Assembly: GCA_030141605.1 (NCBI GenBank)
Contig: JAQGDQ010000011.1
Span: 248,001-312,000 of the forward strand
DNA: 64,000 nt
Reading direction: 5' to 3'
Source: Tubiluchus corallicola
Taxonomy: Eukaryota > Animalia > Priapulida
The notes under the pieces were generated by a model. It made no database searches and was not told where the DNA came from. It was given only the letters and a program-made list of their open reading frames with translations. Position numbers and translations under genes: made by a program. This document shows, piece by piece, positions 57,561-64,000 of the stretch (position 1 is the stretch's first letter; the number at the start of each line of letters is the position of its first letter).

Positions 57561-59599
57561 GATTTCTATCGAAAAAAGTTGCTTTGTTCTTTGAATTTTT
57601 TCACAACTGATTTATGCTTTGATTCAACTTGAAATAATGCCTTAAACTCTGCAAAACGAGCTTCTCGGGTTGGGTCAACTTATACTAGCTCACTTATCAA
57701 CTTACCTGTTAACTGTGTAGGCATAAGAGCCATAAATGTACTTGATGGTGTTTTATAGCTCGCTGTTATGTTTCGACACTGCACATGTTATGAGATGTCG
57801 TGATATTACGGCGCGTTTATTATCCTATTTAACGTGTTCACCTATGGAAAGCCCATTTGAGTAAACAAAAAGTCGTTGTGTATGGGCTTGAGTTGTGTCA
57901 GGTAACATAGGCTTACATAGCTGACAGCAACTTGCATTAACATGCTCAGCAATAGATGGCGCTGGAAAGTTAAAAAAAGATCTATGTCAGTGAAAGGTAT
58001 ACATAAATAGTACATAAATTATAACAAATTATTTAATTGTCAAATACTGGGCCCAGAACAAAGCCAAGTTCCATAATGGTTTAATTGTTCCTGTATGTTA
58101 TAACGGTTCAATTTGTACTCTTGCATATACGCCTTAGACCTTCTGGTGCTGCAATGCATTTATCAGTCTTTATCTCTGATCTATGATTGTGTAACTCTTA
58201 AGCTAGCGTGGAAGATTTTTCATTTTTAATTTGTATTTGAATCATTTCTCGTATTTTTATGATTTAGTTAGCGTTACTGCATTCCATGTGCTGTAATGTG
58301 TTTCCAAGCCAATTATTTCGTAGTAGATATTATAGGTCTAATATACGCATTGTCCTACACACTTAGTTTCTCAGCTAAATTATTTTCATCGCATTTTTAA
58401 ATCATGTTTTAGTTTTTTGTCATTTCATATGCTCGTGAACAGACCAGCTTTGTGGCTAGGTATAGGGAAGTCACTAATTATCGGTTAGATTTGCCTGGTG
58501 TTGAACTGTTCATGATTTTGGCTACTTTCAGTGCTTCGCCAGCAGACGAAGGCTTGCTGGCAATTCGTACTGGTAGTTGTGTATTGAACGTTTTCTGAAA
58601 TCTTCCAATGTTGTATTGCGTAGCTGAAGTTTTGTAAGTTCTGTAATTAGCAATAAGTGATTGATTTGTTTTTAAACTTTGAAGGCTATTCGAACAGCTA
58701 GGTGGATACAGTTTGTGTAGCTAAGTGGCAAAACTCGCAAGTTCGACAAGTTCAGTCATCTACAAAAGTAAGTTAATTTAATAATTATTACCCAGTATGT
58801 ACCGTTGTTTGTCTGCTTGCAGTCTCAGTTTGCTAGTTTTAGTTGAACTGCAGTTTTTAAAAGTTTCTGTACTACATATAGTTTATTGCCCGGCGTACAC
58901 ATGGTCGGTTATAGGTTTTACACGTACACTGTTGCTTCTAGAGTCTAGTCTAGAGTTTAGTTGCTTGACCAATATCTGTATCACTGTCATCTGCACGATT
59001 GTAATAGTAATTATAATCCGTTGCCTAGTGAGTGGTGGAAATTCAGGGTATTTTCGTGTAGGTGTGTGTCTGTTGTGGATATGTGCTTTTAAATTGTCTC
59101 TAAAGTGAACAAAAATCCTTTTTTTGCTCTCTCGACTTCCCTGTCGTCTGTCAGCGACTAGCTGAGAGAATGTAAATAAATATTCATTGCGCGCTGCTGG
59201 TGCACGGAGCTCTTTCCATTTAGAATTGGCCGCCTCACTAGTCGGTTTGGCTTCATTAGTGTCATAGGGTCACAGCCTTCTGTCCTTTAAACAGTGTTTG
59301 CGCGACGGGGCAATTGTGTTCTGGGATCCTGGCGTTAAACAAAACACATGTGGTGCACACATAGCAGTATTTTCTATCCTCCAGACAGGAAATGAAGCTG
59401 CTAAGATCAGATGTGGTAACCGGCGCAGTGAGAGAATGGGAAAAAGTTATACATAATGGTTAACATCGGTTGCGAAGCCACTTTGTCTATTTTCCCTAGA
59501 TTTTGTTTGCCACTGGTCCAGTTTACTTTCTGATTTGCAATTGAGACGTGTTAACCAGGGGCAGACATGTTGTTCAGTTTAGGAATTCTTTCAAACAGT

Positions 59600-60830
59600 A
59601 GTTAACTTCTACACCAAATTGTAAGTAATTGCCAGCTTTTGCCTGGACGTATGTACAGGCTGGTATAACCATTTGCTAGAAGGGTGGTACAAAAACAACC
59701 TTTTGGAAAACGATAATAATTGGGGATATAAAGAATGTGTTAAAAGATGTAGTCTAAAAGAAAGCAGTGAAATTGTGAAAATAAGGCTGATTGTGAAAAA
59801 ACTGAAAGCAGTTACAAGAACTTTCATAAAAATAATTTATTGTGTTCTATATGTTGTTCAGACAAGTATTCAAGTTCAACTAAGCATCTTTTCAACTGCA
59901 AAGAAAACCAAATGTCAATAAAAGAAGCAAATGTGAAAGAAGACATCATTCTAAGTGAAAATTGGGAAACATTGTAAAAGAGTATATGATTTTATTGGAA
60001 ATTGTATAAATCTCAGAAAATGTTTGATAAAGAACTTAAACTGAACAGTGTTGAATAAAATAGTGTTTAAAGAAACCCTGGATGAAGTGGATTCAGTGTA
60101 TTTACAGTATTCACAGTGACGATTAACATTAGAAAACAATTTATTGCCTCAAAATATTGCAAATCTGTCATGCTGTCAATATTTCGTGCGTATGTCCCAC
60201 ACAGCTTGTAAATCTGTCAGGTTTAAAAACACGCACAGCCAAGTTTAAAAACGAGTTCATAGAAGAAAATACTATTGTTAATAAAAACCCGTTAAAAGAG
60301 CAATCTTTACATACATCCTTACTCAGAAAGGCCAACACACCAACCCTAAAGTCCCCCTTAACAACAGACTATGTCATTTCTGTAAAGATCAAAAAATTGA
60401 TGACGAAAAGCATTTAGTTCTTGAATGTAACTATTATAATTATTTAAGACATAGCCTGTTTTTTCATGTCATTGAAATTTTCCCAAACTTTATTAATATT
60501 ATGGTACAGGAAACATTTATATTTCTAATGAATGGAAATGAAAGTGAACTTGCAAATTTAATTTCAAACTGTATTACAAACTGTTTTAAAAGAAGAAAAT
60601 GATATCTTAGTTGCAGAAAACCATATTCAATTGATAGCAAAAGCACATTATTGTAATTATATAATTTTTGTGAACGTGTAAATACTATTTACTGTTTAAC
60701 CTCTACTGTTTCTTTTACTGTTTAATAATTATGACGATTATACCCAAGTGTTGGGATGCTTTGTATGTTGTGTGATTTTTTTATGCAAATTGTATTGTAT
60801 ATTGTTTTGTGTCGTTCGTCAATAAACTAT
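59600..60830 (+). mobile_element. Non-LTR retrotransposon 3' remnant with C-terminal CCHC zinc knuckle
   Basis: KGQHTNPKVPLNNRLCHFCKDQKIDDEKHLVLECNYYNYLR at ~60330-60450; A-rich degenerate ORFs; AATAAA at 60821. The 5' boundary is approximate. Confidence 0.65.
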
Positions 60831-60869
60831 TATGTAATCTTGAGAGGTATGATCGGAACAGCAAGTTGA

Positions 60870-61297
60870 AAACTCTGAGATAAATTTTTTGGCTGAACTG
60901 AAAGGCTTGGAAATTCATAGCACCTTAACCGTGCCAAACACACTGAAGCTATCCCGAAAAACAGACTGGACGCTAAGATGATAAGACATCTGCAAGATGT
61001 GTTGGAGGATCTTGAATTCTTCGAGTCACTGCTCCAATCACGGTTCCCGGCAATAAAGTCACAGGGAAAAAAGCCACGGAAAAAGTTGCTTTACTTGTGA
61101 TTTTTTTACCTAGATTCCTAATCATATCACTCCAGATTGAAGCTGTTTGAGACTTAGTAAGCTTCCACACCGAATTTTGAAAGCATGATAGAGATAGATT
61201 CGCAGTTGTTTGAACAATACTTTAATGTAATACATTGTTTTGTTGTTGTTGTGCTTATGATATACCCCCTTAGCAAAAGGTTATGGACCACCCTGTA
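60870..61297 (+). mobile_element. Possible Tc1/mariner remnant with right TIR
   Basis: Peptide RHLQDVLEDLEFFESLLQSRFPAIK and terminal TTATGGACCACCCTG|TA. Confidence 0.4.
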
Positions 61298-61477
61298 TAT
61301 CCATTCTAATGACGAAGCAGTTGCTATGGCACATGGGCGTTTTCATGTAAAAGGCAGTTGAAATTTTTTGCTAATTCAAATTATGTGCAGATGAACGATA
61401 AGATAGATAACTCAGTTACAGTATGATAAATTTGTCAATATGGAAACTTACGTATTGAAATACCACCTTGTTGCTTA

Positions 61478-61666
61478 ATTGTGCATTCAGACTAGCGAAT
61501 TTTCTAGCCGAGTTAACTCGCCAAGTAACTCGCAAGCATGTTCAACTAGTGTCAGAGAGTTGGCAATTTCTTGCCGACAGTAACTCACAAAGCAGTTCAC
61601 ACCTGCGAGTTTGCTGTCAGAGAGAAAACTCGCGACAGAAAACTAGCTAGTCTGGACGCGGCGTTA
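61478..61666. mobile_element. Harbinger-like MITE, same family as 7129-7450, inverted
   Basis: GCAGTTCACACCTGCGAGTTTGCTGTCAGAGAGAAAACTC is close to the reverse complement of ~7163-7202; CATTCAGACTAG / CTAGTCTGGACG ends. Confidence 0.75.
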
Positions 61667-62379
61667 TACAATGTAGTTGAACAGATATTACTTTACATTG
61701 AACATGTACCAAAACGGAAATCCCACTACAAAATTGTCTATTGGATTCCCGTAAGGAATTTTTGATTAATTGTTGTAGAATCTGTGTAGTATGTAGAAAA
61801 ACACAACAATCCTGTTACATTCCTGTACCGTTTCCCATTGTAAATGTGCTGCCCGTTTCCTCAGGTCAAGTTTGTACAACGTTATAATTTCACGAAACCC
61901 ACCGGCTTCTCGTAACCTCAGTTCCACTTTCTCTCTGGTAGCATCATGTATCCAATTCGTGCAAATTCTAGTAGACTTAAACAATTATTATTTAAAAATT
62001 AAAAGCAAATTTTTATTTGTGTTTAAAGCCTTAACTTTTTTATTTATTGTTACTTGAGGCATAATAACATTCAAAATGCATTTTAGAACTGGCAGAATCT
62101 TGGACGAAACCAAAATCAACCGTCATAGCCACATCTTAGAAACAATTTCGTAGCACAGAATTTTGAGTGAAACAAATTGGTGATGCATACATTAATTTTC
62201 AATAAAAAAACTGAACTTCAGACAACGTCTAATAGCGATAACAAAAACTATTTTTGGCATATTGATTTTTACTAGCAGCAATGCTACTGTTGTCTTCGTA
62301 TTCATAAGTTTAATTTTAGTCTGAATAGTTTTCCAATCAAAGTCAGTAGAATCCAGTTAGAATCCAGTAGAGAGTATGA

Positions 62380-62470
62380 TCGTGCTCAACGAATGAAGTT
62401 AAGCATTGCTCAGCATGGTTGGTAAATAGATACATGCCCGTCTGGAAAACTCCCGCATGCTGGATGGTTT
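62380..62470 (+). mobile_element. Degenerate 5S rRNA-derived (SINE3-like) head or 5S pseudogene
   Basis: GAAGTTAAGCA..TGGTTGGTA...GTCTGGAAAACTCCCGCATGCTGGATGGTTT parallels the 3' part of 5S rRNA but is too diverged to be functional. Confidence 0.5.
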
Positions 62471-63575
62471 CATTTCCCGTTATTTACCTCGCCGAGAGAA
62501 TATGTATGTGCATTGCAAACATTGCTAAGAGGCTGGTACCGCTTCTGTAATCTTAGAAAATTAGCTTGACAATATCCTAGATACCAGTCTTAGCACAACC
62601 ATTAAGTAGGTGCAGCTTCGAATGATAGATTTCGGCTAGCAGAATGCCGCACAGAAGAAAAAAACGCTAGCTGTATCAACTGTGGTGACTAGCAGTTTAC
62701 AATCTCCTCTCCTTCCCAATCCCCAGTGTCTTAATGTTGTAACACGAAGCTAATATTAGTAAACAGTGACATCTATTCAGTAGGACGTCCCCATTTCTCA
62801 CGTCCAGCTTGTTCGCGGAGTGTCGCGGAAGCCGCCTCATTTGCCAGTTTTACTCGGGAATTGCTTCCAGAAATTTTGCATCAATTCCTAGAGGAGTCCG
62901 ACTTACGAAAATTGGAGTTTTCTGTTGTTCACATTTACTGGTAGCTTGTGCCATAAATACCAAAACATTCTGCATCTTAATTGGCTGAATATCATTCTAG
63001 ACCTTCAGAGGTTCTGTGCACAGCGGGGTGTTGGTAGATTAGCCCACGTGTGAACTCGTAATGGTCATCTGCAGAAGAATTTTACTGGCAGTAAATGGGC
63101 CTTAGGCAGCAAAGGTTGAAATTCTCAAGACAGTAAAAAATACAGGTTGCTAATAGAGTGCAGTTCTGGCTCGTTGTAATAGCACAATATTCACACACAT
63201 CCTGGCGGTGTCACCCATCAAACTACTAATCTGCCCCAGCATTGCCAAATTTTGGTTACACCAGTCAGCTTACTCAGAGCTTTTTTCTCACCCTCAATGT
63301 TTCGTAAGTTTCGTTGTTCATTGGGAGCGGCAGTACCTCTCTCCCGTCGCCAGATCTTCAGCCTTAAATAAGCACTAAAATATTGCTTTATACAGCAGTA
63401 TATTAGAATTTGCTACAAAAGCAGTTAATTGTTAATAGTGCAAGTTCTAGACTTCTAGTATTTAATGCACTAATTTGAGTAAATGAAAATCAAATGTATG
63501 ACTATTTCTTTAAGGAAATTCTCAATTTTGACGCCTGTGGCCATGTAATCAATGCCTATGTAAGCTGACCATCAC

Positions 63576-63577
<2 letters not shown>

Positions 63578-63634
<57 letters not shown>
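63578..63634. repeat. (TA)n microsatellite
   Basis: Perfect TA run. Confidence 0.98.
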
Positions 63635-63640
<6 letters not shown>

Positions 63641-64000
63641 CCGGATAGCCGGGAGAGAGAGTACAAGCTCTTTTTCACGCATTTCAATTCAGCGAATATA
63701 ATGTTTGTGAAAATTATTTCATTTCAAATTCCCATGCAAATTCCTTACATTACTCTTCTCGCTGAATGTAATAACAAACCTATAAAAAACCAATAGATTG
63801 TAATTATTGTGGGCGGTATACTAGCCAAAAATTTGGAAATGAGCGTGACGTCAGTAAATTTGAGTAAGAAGTCAATCATCATTTCCTATCCTTGGCTGTC
63901 TAATTACGCTTTAGTACGTTGCGGCCATTTATTAACCTGCTGTTTTTATTACACCCGGCTTTTCCTGCTTGGAGGGAAAAAGAGACTCCGAGTTTAGAGG

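Noticed and set aside
61766-63360. Possible minus-strand exons near the window end
   Set aside because: Stops in the frames tested between candidate splice sites; no recognisable domain.
1-64000. CRISPR array, operon-like or prokaryotic defence system, non-canonical (U12 or GC-AG) introns
   Set aside because: No repeat-spacer array was seen; the genes are eukaryotic and all reconstructed introns are ordinary GT-AG.

Overview
AT-rich animal (invertebrate-type) genomic DNA with spliceosomal GT-AG introns. No prokaryotic systems or CRISPR arrays were seen. By reading splice sites by hand I reconstructed three multi-exon genes. (1) The 3' part of an Xaa-Pro aminopeptidase 1 gene (XPNPEP1, +, 7 exons, 5324-14953). 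(2) A complete RGS12/loco-like gene (+, PDZ-PTB-RGS-RBD-RBD-GoLoco, 16 coding exons, 22299-48230, ~1659 aa) with candidate alternative first or cassette exons. (3) A convergent lysyl oxidase-like gene with 2 SRCR domains (-, 9 exons, 49035-57560, 499 aa). Three antisense genes appear to be nested in XPNPEP1 introns: two tandem rhodopsin-class GPCRs with uninterrupted ORFs (one missed by the ORF track because it runs off the window edge) and a 2-exon Golgi carbohydrate sulfotransferase. Introns and spacers hold many MITEs (Harbinger-, hAT-, Kolobok-, pogo- and Helentron-like), LINE and mariner remnants, SINE heads and microsatellites. The most interesting candidate is a 1.26-kb in-frame exon in RGS12 intron 3 encoding a KEN box, D-box, CDK sites and NLS-like clusters, which suggests a cell-cycle-degraded RGS12/loco isoform. 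All calls come from manual reading; no database search was run, and I found no unambiguous wholly new system.
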